This document shows, piece after piece, positions 1-9,638 of a stretch of DNA of 64,000 bases. Source of the DNA: an uncultured bacterium. Its GTDB lineage: Bacteria; Planctomycetota; UBA1135; GCA-002686595. Every line of letters starts with the position of its first letter. Within the stretch, counting starts at the first letter, position 1. The notes beneath the pieces were generated by a model, which was given only the letters and a program-made list of their open reading frames with translations, made no database searches and had not been told where the DNA came from. Made by a program: the position numbers and the translations under genes. The stretch covers positions 672,001 to 736,000 of the forward strand of contig CALSNU010000002.1 of the NCBI GenBank assembly GCA_943787795.1, written 5' to 3'.

Positions 1-693
1 GAGGAACGCGGAGTCGGTGATCAGCTGAGGGCCAGAGAAGGCGCTGTTGCCCAGGTTGAGGAAACACTCGATGCGGTTCGGGTCGGACGTGGCGAGCACG
101 TCCGTGCGGCCGTCGCCGTCGAGGTCGGCGGCGTGGACGGATTGAACGAAGTCCGACTGCACCGAGATCAGCTGCCGGGGGCCGAAGGCGCCGTTGCCGT
201 CGTTCCGAAACCACGAGACGGTGTCATCGTCCTGCGAGGCGACGAGCACGTCGAGGAATCCGTCACCGTTGAGGTCGGCGGTCCAGGTGGAGCGGGCGCC
301 CCGGCAGGCGATGGAGATCGTCCTTCCGAACGAGAACGTGCCATTGCCAAGGTTCGAGAACCACGTGGCGCTGTTGTCCCCCTGGGACGCGACGAGCAGG
401 TCCATGTCGCCATCGGCGTCGAGGTCGGCGGCTTCGATGCAGACCGGGCGGTCCAGTGAGGATGTGAGGTCGTTCGCCTTGTCGAAGAACCCGTTGCCGA
501 GGTTCCTGAAGGTGGTGACTCTGTGGTCAGAGCTCGAGACGGCGGCGACGTCCAGCCGCCCATCCCCGTCGATGTCCACGGCCACGGCGTCGTAGGCACC
601 GTCCATCATCGAGTCCAGGACCTGCTCGGAGCTGAAGCTGGTCTGGGCCTCGGCCCTCTGCGAAGCGGTCAGGCAGACGAGCCCCGCGAGCAT
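1..693 (-). CDS. Secreted FG-GAP/VCBS repeat (beta-propeller) protein, 3' end outside window
   Basis: Manual translation (not in ORF track): MLAGLVCLTASQRAEAQ signal-like start, then repeated DIDGDGRLDV, DLDADGDMDL, DLNGDGFLDV, DLDGDGRTDV motifs with FxNLGNG linkers. Confidence 0.85.
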   Translation of the reverse strand, partial: MLAGLVCLTASQRAEAQTSFSSEQVLDSMMDGAYDAVAVDIDGDGRLDVAAVSSSDHRVTTFRNLGNGFFDKANDLTSSLDRPVCIEAADLDADGDMDLLVASQGDNSATWFSNLGNGTFSFGRTISIACRGARSTWTADLNGDGFLDVLVASQDDDTVSWFRNDGNGAFGPRQLISVQSDFVQSVHAADLDGDGRTDVLATSDPNRIECFLNLGNSAFSGPQLITDSAFL

Positions 694-1423
694 CCAGTGA
701 CGCAACCCTCGCAACGCTGGCCTGAGCCAGGGTCGCGTGTGGGGCGGGAGGGAGCTTGAGAGCACGGTAGTTGCGACAGCTCGACGGAGAGCGGGCACCG
801 GTCTTGCGCGCGTGAGGCCGCCCTCGGCCGTCCTCGTATGGAGGAGGGCCGGTGGTGTTTCGGGCGGACGCGCGCGACGGCAGGTCAACGCGGAGAGAGG
901 GAGGAGGAGAGCGGTCGCCGGGGCGACCTGTATCCACTGTATGGACGGCTCACGGACCTGCTGTGGGCGTCTCGAATTGCCCGCCCTCGGGGTCGAAGCG
1001 AGACACTCTCTTGAGCCGAGAGCGTTCCAAGGGTCCCTCCAGGGGAGGCGAGCCGGGGGACCTCAAGCGTTCAGGCGTTGATCGGCAGACCCCCTACCGG
1101 GCGGGGCCCGTTCTGGGCTTGAACTGGAGCCCGGAGCCTCCGGAGCCTCCGGGGCCGGGGTCCTCTCGAGCGCCGGGATCAGACCCCGTCGGGCGCGGGC
1201 CGCTCCAGCCGGCGCGGGGGCGGTGGGGTGGCTCGAATGGAGGCTCGTCTCTGTTCGGGGTGGCGGCTCGCCGCTACGGTTCTCTCTCCGCTCCCCATCC
1301 CTGCTCGGTGGCGGCTGCCAGGCGGCGTTGATTCCGGACGTCGATCCGGATGTGTCCCTGACCGCAGGGCCTCAACCGCCCCGCCCACCGCCGAGCCGAC
1401 ACGACCCACCAAGGTCGACATCG

Positions 1424-3265
1424 ATGACACCCGCAGCCAACTCCACCGCGCCTGGCCCTGACCTCCCCGAGATCACCGACCGGAGGTTCTTCGGGCACCC
1501 CCTCGGGCTCGCCGTCCTGTTCTTCGCAGAGATGTGGGAGCGCTTCTCGTACTACGGGATGCGGGCGCTGCTGATGTTCTACCTGACCAAGCACTGGCTG
1601 TTCTCGGACGGCGATGCGGGGGTCATCTACGGCGCCTACACGGCGCTGGTCTACATCACGCCCGTGCTGGGCGGCTACCTCGCGGACCGGTATCTGGGCC
1701 AGCGCAAGGCCGTCCTGTTCGGCGCGGTCCTGCTCACCCTCGGCCACTTCTTCATGGCCTTCGAGGGAGATGGGGGCACGGACTCGGCGGCGCTGAGCGT
1801 CTTCTGGCTCGCCCTCGCCTTCATCATCGTGGGCTCGGGCTTCCTCAAGGCGAACATCTCGGTGATCGTCGGCCAGCTCTACCCGCTGAAGGACATCCGC
1901 CGGGACGGCGCGTACACGATCTTCTACATGGGGATCAACCTGGGCGCTGCGGGCGGCGCGCTCCTCTGCGGATGGCTCGGCGAGAAGTATGGCTGGAGCT
2001 ACGGGTTCGGCGCTGCGGGCTTCGGCATGCTGCTCGGGTTGCTGGTCTTCATCTGGGGTAAGCCGCTCCTCATGGGCCGCGGCGAGGCGCCCTCGGAGGC
2101 TCGGCTCAAGGACCGGTCCCTGGGCCTCCCGTTCGAGTGGATCCTCTACGCGGTCGGCGTGGGGGCCGTGGGGGTCTGCTGGTACCTCATCCAGAACCAG
2201 GACGTGGTCGGGGCCCTGCTCTGGGGCGTCGGCCTCGCGCTGATCCTGTTCGTCCTCGGCATCGCGACGTTCCAGCTCGCGCACGGCACCATCGACCGCG
2301 CGCCCAAGGGACCGCTGCAGGTCTACATCGCGGGCAGCGTGATCGCCCTGCTCGGCTACCTGCTCCAGTTCGCGCCCGTCGGGCTCCCCAGCGCCACGCT
2401 CAGCGGCCTGATGGGTGTGGGCGGCCTGATGGCCGTCGGTGCCACCCTTCAGCAGGTGGTCACCTTCCGGAGCCCGTCGCGGGATCGGATCTTCGCGGCC
2501 ACCTTCCTGATGGTGGGCTCGATCCTCTTCTGGGCGCTCTTCGAGCAGGCGGGCAGCTCCCTTAGCCTGCTCACGGACCGCATGGTGGATCGGAGCCTCG
2601 CGAGTGGGGAGGTCCCCGCGTCGATGTTCCAGTCCATCAACGCGATCTACATCATCCTCCTGGCTCCGGTGTTCGCCTCGATCTGGACCTACATGGGGCG
2701 CCGGGGCATCGAGCCGTCGGCGCCGGCGAAGTTCGGCCTGGCGATGATCCAGCTGGGCGCCGGCTTCCTCGTGCTCGTCCACGGCGCGGAGGCGGGAGAG
2801 CTCGGCGAGCTGATCCCGGTCATCTACATCCTGTTGATCTACCTCCTGCACACGACCGGAGAGCTGTGCCTCTCGCCGGTGGGGCTCAGCGCCATGAACC
2901 GCCTGGCCCCTGCGCACCTGGCGTCCATCGTCATGGGCACCTGGTTCTTCGCCTCGGCCACGGGCAACTTCGTGGCGGGCAAGATCGCGGCGGCGTCGGG
3001 GTCGGATTCGCTCAAGGGCGGGAGCGAGGAGATGGTGCCCGGGAGCCCCGACGCCATCAGCTACGTCACCACCGTCACCGACGTCTACACGACGATCGGC
3101 TGGACCGCGGTGATCGCCGGGGGCGTGGTGATTGGGCTCTCTCCGCTCGTGAAGAAGATGATGCACCTCGACACCCTTGGGTCGGTGGATCACGCCCTCG
3201 CAGGCGAGTCCGAACTGGCCGAGCCCCAGGCCGCGGGCGTCGACACGTCTGGCGAGGGCCGCTGA
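1424..3265 (+). CDS. POT/PTR2 family proton-dependent oligopeptide transporter
   Basis: FFAEMWERFSYYGMR (ExxERFxYY), GGYLADRYLG, FYMGINLG, ELCLSPVGLS motifs; start moved to ATG 1424. Confidence 0.95.
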   Translation: MTPAANSTAPGPDLPEITDRRFFGHPLGLAVLFFAEMWERFSYYGMRALLMFYLTKHWLFSDGDAGVIYGAYTALVYITPVLGGYLADRYLGQRKAVLFGAVLLTLGHFFMAFEGDGGTDSAALSVFWLALAFIIVGSGFLKANISVIVGQLYPLKDIRRDGAYTIFYMGINLGAAGGALLCGWLGEKYGWSYGFGAAGFGMLLGLLVFIWGKPLLMGRGEAPSEARLKDRSLGLPFEWILYAVGVGAVGVCWYLIQNQDVVGALLWGVGLALILFVLGIATFQLAHGTIDRAPKGPLQVYIAGSVIALLGYLLQFAPVGLPSATLSGLMGVGGLMAVGATLQQVVTFRSPSRDRIFAATFLMVGSILFWALFEQAGSSLSLLTDRMVDRSLASGEVPASMFQSINAIYIILLAPVFASIWTYMGRRGIEPSAPAKFGLAMIQLGAGFLVLVHGAEAGELGELIPVIYILLIYLLHTTGELCLSPVGLSAMNRLAPAHLASIVMGTWFFASATGNFVAGKIAAASGSDSLKGGSEEMVPGSPDAISYVTTVTDVYTTIGWTAVIAGGVVIGLSPLVKKMMHLDTLGSVDHALAGESELAEPQAAGVDTSGEGR

Positions 3266-3372
3266 GCCGCAGAGGCGGTCGGGGGGCCTTTCGCCACCTG
3301 GCCAGGTAGGCACGGGCGGGCGCGTGGGTAGGGTGGAAGCGCAGCCTCGCATCCCCTGCCCACGGACCGCCC

Positions 3373-4644
3373 ATGACTCTCCTGCTCAGCTCGCTCCTCT
3401 TGCTCGTCTCCCCGGGCCCCGAGGCCCCCGAGGTCCTCGGAGTCCTCGGAGCCCTCGGAGTCCCCGAAGTCCTCGGAGACGCCGGCCCGCAGGGAGGGCT
3501 TGGTGATCGCGCCGACCAGGTGGCACCCGGCTTCGAGGGCGTCCGATGGTCGGTGGAGGAGGAGCCGAAGAAGGCAGCCTCGCAGCGGCCTTCGAGGCCG
3601 CAGTTCCTCTCGTCTTCTCCTGCTCCCCCGAAGGGCGCCGGGCTTGAGGCCTGGGCCGGCCGGGTGGTGGTCCTGCTCCAGCTCCCCAACGACCGTGGCG
3701 GGGCCGAGCAGCTCGACTTCCTGGGGACGATCCAGGAGGCCAACGCCGACCGGGGGTTGGTGGCCGTGGTCCTCCTCCCTGGCCCTGACGAGGAGCCGGT
3801 CGATCAGCCAGGGGACGGGCGCGGCGATGACACGCCCGAGGGGACCGTCAGCGACTCGGCGGAGGCGTCCAGCTCCGGGTCCGACGGCGACGGAGGGTTC
3901 GCTCCGATCCGGCCAGGGCTGAAGACCGGCCTGGTGCCCGAGGGTTCCCCCTGGAGTCCAGCGGGCGGAAGCCGTGCGCTGGTCATGGGGCCGAGCGGAG
4001 AGCTCCTCGGGAGCTGCGAGCTGCCGGGGGAGGAGGACGAGGTCCTGGAGCTCTTCTCCGCGGCGCTCCTGCGCTACCCCGCTCCGCGCCTGGAGAGCCC
4101 CCTGCCCGAGGAGCTCGCCGACGCCGGCGCGCTCTACTTCGGCGGGGAGTGGTCCAAGGCGCGGAAGGCCGCCGCGAAGGTCGCCAAGCGCATGGCGCGC
4201 AAGGACCCCGACGTCGCCGCTCGGGGGGACGCGCTCGGACGGATCATCGACGGCTTCGAGCGGGACCTCTTCGTCGCCTTCACCGAGGCCGAGGGAGGGG
4301 GCTACTCCTCGATGGAGCGACTGGCGACCATCGCGGCCGCCGCCCAGCGCGGGTTCCCCCGCAGCAAGCTGGCCAAGTTCGCCAAGGGGACCCCTGACCG
4401 CCTGGCACGCGCGGGCGCGCTCTCGGGGTTCAGCAGCATCAGCAGCTGGGTGCTCGCGAGCGAATACGTGGAGATCCTGGAGGATCGACCCCCGCTCTTC
4501 CCCGTGGTGGTGGACTCCAAGGCCAAGCGCTTCGCCAAGGAGCTCTCGTCGCTCCTGGCGCGAACGTCCAACTACGGCGGCGACCTCACTCGCAGGGTCC
4601 AGTCGCTGCTGACGCGCTACGAGGCCGCCAAGGCGACACGCTGA
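3373..4644 (+). CDS. Secreted hypothetical protein (possible Cys-less thioredoxin-like domain plus helical C-terminus)
   Basis: Hydrophobic N-terminus; WAGRVVVLL..GLVAVVLL..ALVMGPSGEL resembles TlpA-type strands without CxxC; coding-like codon usage. Confidence 0.6.
   Translation: MTLLLSSLLLLVSPGPEAPEVLGVLGALGVPEVLGDAGPQGGLGDRADQVAPGFEGVRWSVEEEPKKAASQRPSRPQFLSSSPAPPKGAGLEAWAGRVVVLLQLPNDRGGAEQLDFLGTIQEANADRGLVAVVLLPGPDEEPVDQPGDGRGDDTPEGTVSDSAEASSSGSDGDGGFAPIRPGLKTGLVPEGSPWSPAGGSRALVMGPSGELLGSCELPGEEDEVLELFSAALLRYPAPRLESPLPEELADAGALYFGGEWSKARKAAAKVAKRMARKDPDVAARGDALGRIIDGFERDLFVAFTEAEGGGYSSMERLATIAAAAQRGFPRSKLAKFAKGTPDRLARAGALSGFSSISSWVLASEYVEILEDRPPLFPVVVDSKAKRFAKELSSLLARTSNYGGDLTRRVQSLLTRYEAAKATR
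3433..3477. repeat. Intragenic 9-bp tandem repeat (gtcctcgga-like x5) encoding VLG/ALG/VPE
   Basis: gtcctcgga gtcctcgga gccctcgga gtccccgaa gtcctcgga. Confidence 0.8.
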
Positions 4645-4865
4645 GGCGGTTGGTGCCATCGTCTGACCCCAGGGGGCCCGGCGCTAGGTTCCTTGGACAT
4701 GAGCTGGATACGAGGGGCACGAGCGGGGTGACACGGCTGGGGTGACACGAGCGGGTGCCACGGTCGGGCCACATGGGCGGCCAGGAGGCCCGCGGCGCCC
4801 TTGGGCCGGAGGCTTGCGGGTGAGGGTGCTCTCTCCGTGGCACCGCTTGCGCTACGTTGGCGACC

Positions 4866-6488
4866 ATGAATCGCCTCTCTGCCCCCATCACGCTCACCGT
4901 CTTCAGCCTGGCCTTCAGCGCGTCCTGCTCGGAGGCCCCCGGCCCCGCAGAGATGGTGGAGATGCCCGCGCGCGCAGGATTCGAGAACACCGGCCCCTAC
5001 CCCGGCTTCACCCTGTTCGCGCCCCTCGATTCCCGGCGCGTCATCCTCGCCGACATGGCGGGTGAAGAGGTGCACCACTGGGACACGCCCCTCAAGCCGG
5101 GGGACTCTTGCTACCTCACCGAGCGGGGCACGGTCCTCGCTTGCCAACGCTACACCGACGACACGTTCTTTCAGGACGCTGGAGGCCACGGGGGCAAGGT
5201 CCTCGAGCTCGGCCACGACGGGGAGATCCTGTGGACGTTCGATTGGAACGGCGAGCACGGCTCCCAGCACCATGACGTGGAGGAGCTCCCCAATGGGAAC
5301 CTGCTGTTCGTGGCCTGGGATCGGATGACCCGCGAGGACGCCCTCGCCGCTGGCCGCGACCCCGAGCTGCTCGAGGGGGACGAGTGGTGGGCCGGCGCCG
5401 TCTACGAGGTGCGCCCAACTCGCCCGGAGGGCGGCGAGATCGTGTGGTCGTGGCACTCCATGGACCACGTGGTGCAGAGCTACGACGAGGACCTCGCGGG
5501 CTACGTGCGGGACGCCTCCGAGGCGCCCCACAAGATCGATATCAACGGGGACTTTGACCCCGACCCGCCGAGCAAGGAGGAGCAGGAGGAGGACGCCAAG
5601 CAGATGGCCGCCATCGGCTACGCGGGCGGCGGCGACGACGATGGGGGCGATGACGACACCAAGGCGGACGGCAAGGCCGACGACGAGGACAAGGAGGAGG
5701 ACAAGGAGGACCCCGCAGACGCCGCGCGCAAGGCGCGCGTCAAGGGCGCCGACTGGATGCACACAAACGCGGTGGCCTACAGCGCGGAGCTGGACCAGAT
5801 CGCCATCAGCGTCCGCCGCTTCGACGAGATCTGGATCATCGACCACGCCATCTCCCGGGAGGAGGCCAAGGGACCCAAGGGGGACCTGCTCTACCGTTGG
5901 GGGAACCCCTTCGCCTATGGCATGGGTGCCCACGCGGATCGGCCGCTCCTGGGACAGCACAACGTCCAGTGGGTCCCGGAGGGGTACCTGGGGGCCGGGA
6001 ACCTGATCGTCTTCAACAACGGCAACCGCGAGCGCAAGTGGTCCACGATCGTGGAGTGGTGGGCGCCGAGGGACGAATCGGGCCGCTACACGCGGGAAGA
6101 GGGCCAGCCCTTCGGGCCGACCGAGCCCCAGTGGGACTGGGCCGCGAGCGAGCCGGAGAGCTTCTACTCACCGTTCATCTCGGGCGTGCAGCGCCTGCCC
6201 AACGGCAACACCATGGTCTGCAGCGGCGCCCCCGGCCGCGTGTTCGAGGTCGCCCCCGACGGCGAGATCGTGTGGGACTGGCGCAGCCCCTTCACCGCGC
6301 CCGAGGGCACCGAGCAGGATCTCAAGGAGTGGCCCACGGCCATGTTCCGCGCCCTCCGCTATGGCCCGGACCACCCCGGCATCGCGGCGCTCCGCGCCAA
6401 GGGCGTCGCCCTCCCCCTCGACCCCGGAGTGGGCCCGCCCACCAACCAGTACGTCCCGCCCGCCGACGACGAGCCTGAGGAGGACTGA
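4866..6488 (+). CDS. Arylsulfotransferase (ASST)-like beta-propeller, probable lipoprotein
   Basis: QHHDVEELPNGN, DWMHTNAV, LLYRWGNP, GQHN, ISGVQRLPNGNT motifs; signal peptide with Cys; acidic insertion. Confidence 0.85.
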   Translation: MNRLSAPITLTVFSLAFSASCSEAPGPAEMVEMPARAGFENTGPYPGFTLFAPLDSRRVILADMAGEEVHHWDTPLKPGDSCYLTERGTVLACQRYTDDTFFQDAGGHGGKVLELGHDGEILWTFDWNGEHGSQHHDVEELPNGNLLFVAWDRMTREDALAAGRDPELLEGDEWWAGAVYEVRPTRPEGGEIVWSWHSMDHVVQSYDEDLAGYVRDASEAPHKIDINGDFDPDPPSKEEQEEDAKQMAAIGYAGGGDDDGGDDDTKADGKADDEDKEEDKEDPADAARKARVKGADWMHTNAVAYSAELDQIAISVRRFDEIWIIDHAISREEAKGPKGDLLYRWGNPFAYGMGAHADRPLLGQHNVQWVPEGYLGAGNLIVFNNGNRERKWSTIVEWWAPRDESGRYTREEGQPFGPTEPQWDWAASEPESFYSPFISGVQRLPNGNTMVCSGAPGRVFEVAPDGEIVWDWRSPFTAPEGTEQDLKEWPTAMFRALRYGPDHPGIAALRAKGVALPLDPGVGPPTNQYVPPADDEPEED

Positions 6489-6654
6489 ACCGGGAGAGTG
6501 ATCCCGACGGTCCATCGACCCATCCGCCGGTCCCCGCAAGAGGGTGAGCGCCGCCGAGTTCCCTCGCCTGCCCGAGGACCGCGAGGCCCCCGGGCCCCCG
6601 GTGGAGGACGTGGTGGGCGCGGTGCTCGGCGAGGCGCCTTCGGTCGGAACCGGG

Positions 6655-8655
6655 CTAGTCGCCGAGGGTCGTGAGCTCCTCGGCCACGAGCTTGCCGTCT
6701 CCGTTGAAGTCGAGCTTGTCGAAGCTCTCGCGCGAGCTCCGCGGGATCTCCGTCCGCGGGACGACGCCCCCGTTCTTGTTGGCGATGCCCTTGAGGTGGC
6801 GTTGGACGCGAGGCTCCAGCACAACGAACTGTGGGTCGTCCGGGGCGAGCGTCGGGTCTTCGCTGGCGAGCACGTAGTCCACGAAGCCGATGAGCATCTC
6901 GTCGTCCGTGTCGGGGCCCCACCCCACCGCGCGATCCGGCGCAGGGTTGGCGAAGTTCTTCGCCGAGTTATCGAAGAGCGCCCGCACGTCGATGCGCTCC
7001 CCCGCGCGGAGTTCCAGCGGGTCCTTCCGGTCGTAGGCCAGCTGCCAGTTGAAGTCGTAGCGGGGCACGTCGAGCACCGTGCGACGCTCGCCGCGGGCAG
7101 TGACGTGGTCGAACTGGAATGATTTGCCCCGCAGGTGCATGTGCGGCATGAACGAGGTGATGCGCAGGTCGCGCACGGCGATGCCGACGGCGGAGTCCGC
7201 GTGGCCTTCGGCACCGGCAGGGATCCGGAAGCTCCGGTTGCTGATCCCGGCCGTGCGGACGACGTGCGCAGGGCGCCACTCGGGGTCGGTCGACGCGAAG
7301 TGCACGCCGACGGCGGACCGGTCCTTCCGAGCGGTTCCGGTCGGCGTGTAGTGCAGCTCGAACATGAGCACGGTGCCGGCGCGGAGGAGGCGAGCGTGCC
7401 CCTCGGGGCAGCTGGCGGGCTCGGCCCCAGGCGCCCATGCCGCGAAGAAGCCGCGGCGCTCGTCGAGCAGGTCCCACCGCTTGAAGCGACCGTTCTTGAA
7501 CGCCTCCGCGGGGAGCGCGTAGGCGATCACGTGGTGCACGACGTCGATCGATCCGGGGCGGACCTCGATCGCGTCGATCCACGCGTCCTGCTCGAGACCC
7601 GTGGGGACGGCGAAGTACTGATAGTCGACGCGCCCTTCGGCCGGCACTTCGAAGGCCCGCGGCATGCTGTAGATGGCGTCCGGCTCCCCGAGCGCCCACG
7701 CGGCGTCCTTCGGAGGGCTCGCGAGGGGGAGGTGTGCGGGGTCGCCCTCCGGCTTGCCCGCCTCGATCCACCGCGCGAGTTGCTCGCGTTCGCCGGGGAG
7801 GAGCGACCGATCATTCGCCCAGGGGCTCTCCCCGCCGCCCGTGTGCGCGGCGAACCAGGGGGGCATCAATCCCTCGTCGATCACGCTCAGCAGCATGGAG
7901 GCGCGCCGGGAGACCGACTCGTAGCTGTCGAGGGCGAAGGGGGCCACGCCTCCCTCGCGATGGCACTCGACGCAGCTCCGCTGGAGCAGGCGAGAAATGT
8001 CGCGGGCGTAGGTCACGTCGCCGCCCACCTGGGGGGTCGAACCCTCGTGCTCGATGGAGCAGCCGGGAGCCGTGGTCGCAGGGACCTTGACCTCACGGCC
8101 GGCGGCGAGGGCGACGAGGGCGTCGCGCAGGTAGTGCTGGCGCGCCTCGGGCAGCGCGAAGCCGATGCCGTACTGGTCGTTGACCGCGCCGCGGTAGCGC
8201 AGGGTGCCGCGCGCATCGACCACGAAGACCTCGGTGGTCGTGCGCGCGTCGAGGGCGCGCGCCAGGGCGCCATCTGTGTCCTGGACGATCGGAGCCTCAA
8301 GGCCGTGGCGTTCGCCGTGGGCCCCCAGGGCGGCCGTGTCGTCGAGGCCCTGCACGCCCACGTGCACGAACCCGAAGCCGAGCTGCTTGGCCCATGCCTC
8401 GGTCCGCGCGAGTTCCGGGAAGAGCTTCTGGCCCACGGGGCACGTCACGCTGGTCAGCGCGAGCACCGTCCCCTTCTCTCCGGCGACGTCACGCCAGTTG
8501 AAGGGGGCTCCTTCTAATTCGGCGCATGTGACGTCGGGGACCCAGGTGCCGACCCCGAGTTCTCGCTGCTCACGGGGCGTCAGAGGGCTGGCGGCCCGGT
8601 CGAGGTCGGGGAGGGCGGGCGGAAGGAGGAGCGAGGCACAGGCGAGGATGAACAT
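6655..8655 (-). CDS. Redoxin + c-type heme + copper type II (PHM/DBH-like) monooxygenase domain + EF-hand fusion protein
   Basis: TCP and YRGAVNDQY redoxin; CVECH; HH..ELHY and PHMHLRG..DEM Cu-ligand motifs; PRYDFNWQ; C-terminal DFNGDGKL. Confidence 0.85.
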   Translation of the reverse strand: MFILACASLLLPPALPDLDRAASPLTPREQRELGVGTWVPDVTCAELEGAPFNWRDVAGEKGTVLALTSVTCPVGQKLFPELARTEAWAKQLGFGFVHVGVQGLDDTAALGAHGERHGLEAPIVQDTDGALARALDARTTTEVFVVDARGTLRYRGAVNDQYGIGFALPEARQHYLRDALVALAAGREVKVPATTAPGCSIEHEGSTPQVGGDVTYARDISRLLQRSCVECHREGGVAPFALDSYESVSRRASMLLSVIDEGLMPPWFAAHTGGGESPWANDRSLLPGEREQLARWIEAGKPEGDPAHLPLASPPKDAAWALGEPDAIYSMPRAFEVPAEGRVDYQYFAVPTGLEQDAWIDAIEVRPGSIDVVHHVIAYALPAEAFKNGRFKRWDLLDERRGFFAAWAPGAEPASCPEGHARLLRAGTVLMFELHYTPTGTARKDRSAVGVHFASTDPEWRPAHVVRTAGISNRSFRIPAGAEGHADSAVGIAVRDLRITSFMPHMHLRGKSFQFDHVTARGERRTVLDVPRYDFNWQLAYDRKDPLELRAGERIDVRALFDNSAKNFANPAPDRAVGWGPDTDDEMLIGFVDYVLASEDPTLAPDDPQFVVLEPRVQRHLKGIANKNGGVVPRTEIPRSSRESFDKLDFNGDGKLVAEELTTLGD

Positions 8656-9638
8656 GGCGCGAGTCTGCCAACGATCCAGGCGGAGGTGGGGCCTCCTGGA
8701 CCGTCAGTGCGCTGGGCCGGTCGGGTCGGCCACGGGAGCCTCCACTCTGAAGGGGTCTTGCCCGGAGCGTAGTGGGCCTGAGTCCATCCGAGGCGCGTCC
8801 GATCCGTGTCCAGGGGGACTGCGGCGCGCGCCAGGCCCGTTGCTGTACGACGTGTGACCGTCCTCCACCCGTGGCCTGGACCGATCCAGGGCGACACCTC
8901 GCCCCCCACGGAGTGCGACACGTGCGAATCACAACTGCTGCCATCGCTAGCTCGATCCTGATGGGCTGCCCGGCCCACGGATTCCAAGAGGGGACGACAG
9001 ATCCTGACATCGAGGAGATCCTGGAGTTCTCGGTCTCGGGCCTGGTCGGAACGTCGCTCGACTACAGGTGTCAGCGCGAGTCCTGGAGCGGGGTGATCTC
9101 GGATGAAGCGCCCGCCGGCCCCGACCTTCTCGGGAGTGCCCTCAGGGCGGCGACGGGCGAGGCGCCCACCCTGCTCTGCACTCCCCAATTCGTGAGCGAT
9201 GTCGCGGCAACCACGGCGGTGATCTCGGGCGCGGATCTCAACCGAGACTGGCTCGCGGAGGAAGAGAACCTGCATGTCAAGCGGCATGGCCCGCGCAAGC
9301 TCGTCAAGCGAATGCACCCCGACGCGCCGCCGAGCTACGCCATGTTCGAGAGAGACGTTGTGCTGTACGGAGCTCCGGACGTTGGGGGGGAGCGGGTGGA
9401 GGGGAGGAAGGGGGTCAGGCGACGACGCCCAGCCGACGGGTGCCCGCCGTCGGTCACGGCGCCCGAGGGCCGCGCGCCCGGGCGAGGTGGGGCATTTGGA
9501 CGCATCTCGCGGGTTCAGCGCGGGTTGGTGGACCCCTCGATGTCTCAGCTTCGTCCTTCCTTACCCGAGGGTGCGACTCGCTCGCACCTGTCCGACCTCG
9601 TCCCCTCACGCGCTCGCCGTCACGGGTACCCTTTCACC

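Noticed and set aside
1274..3352. Long antisense ORFs (also 46321-48774, 56458-58089, 60077-63106, 54199-56307)
   Set aside because: Shadow frames of well-supported genes in GC3-biased DNA; no recognisable motifs
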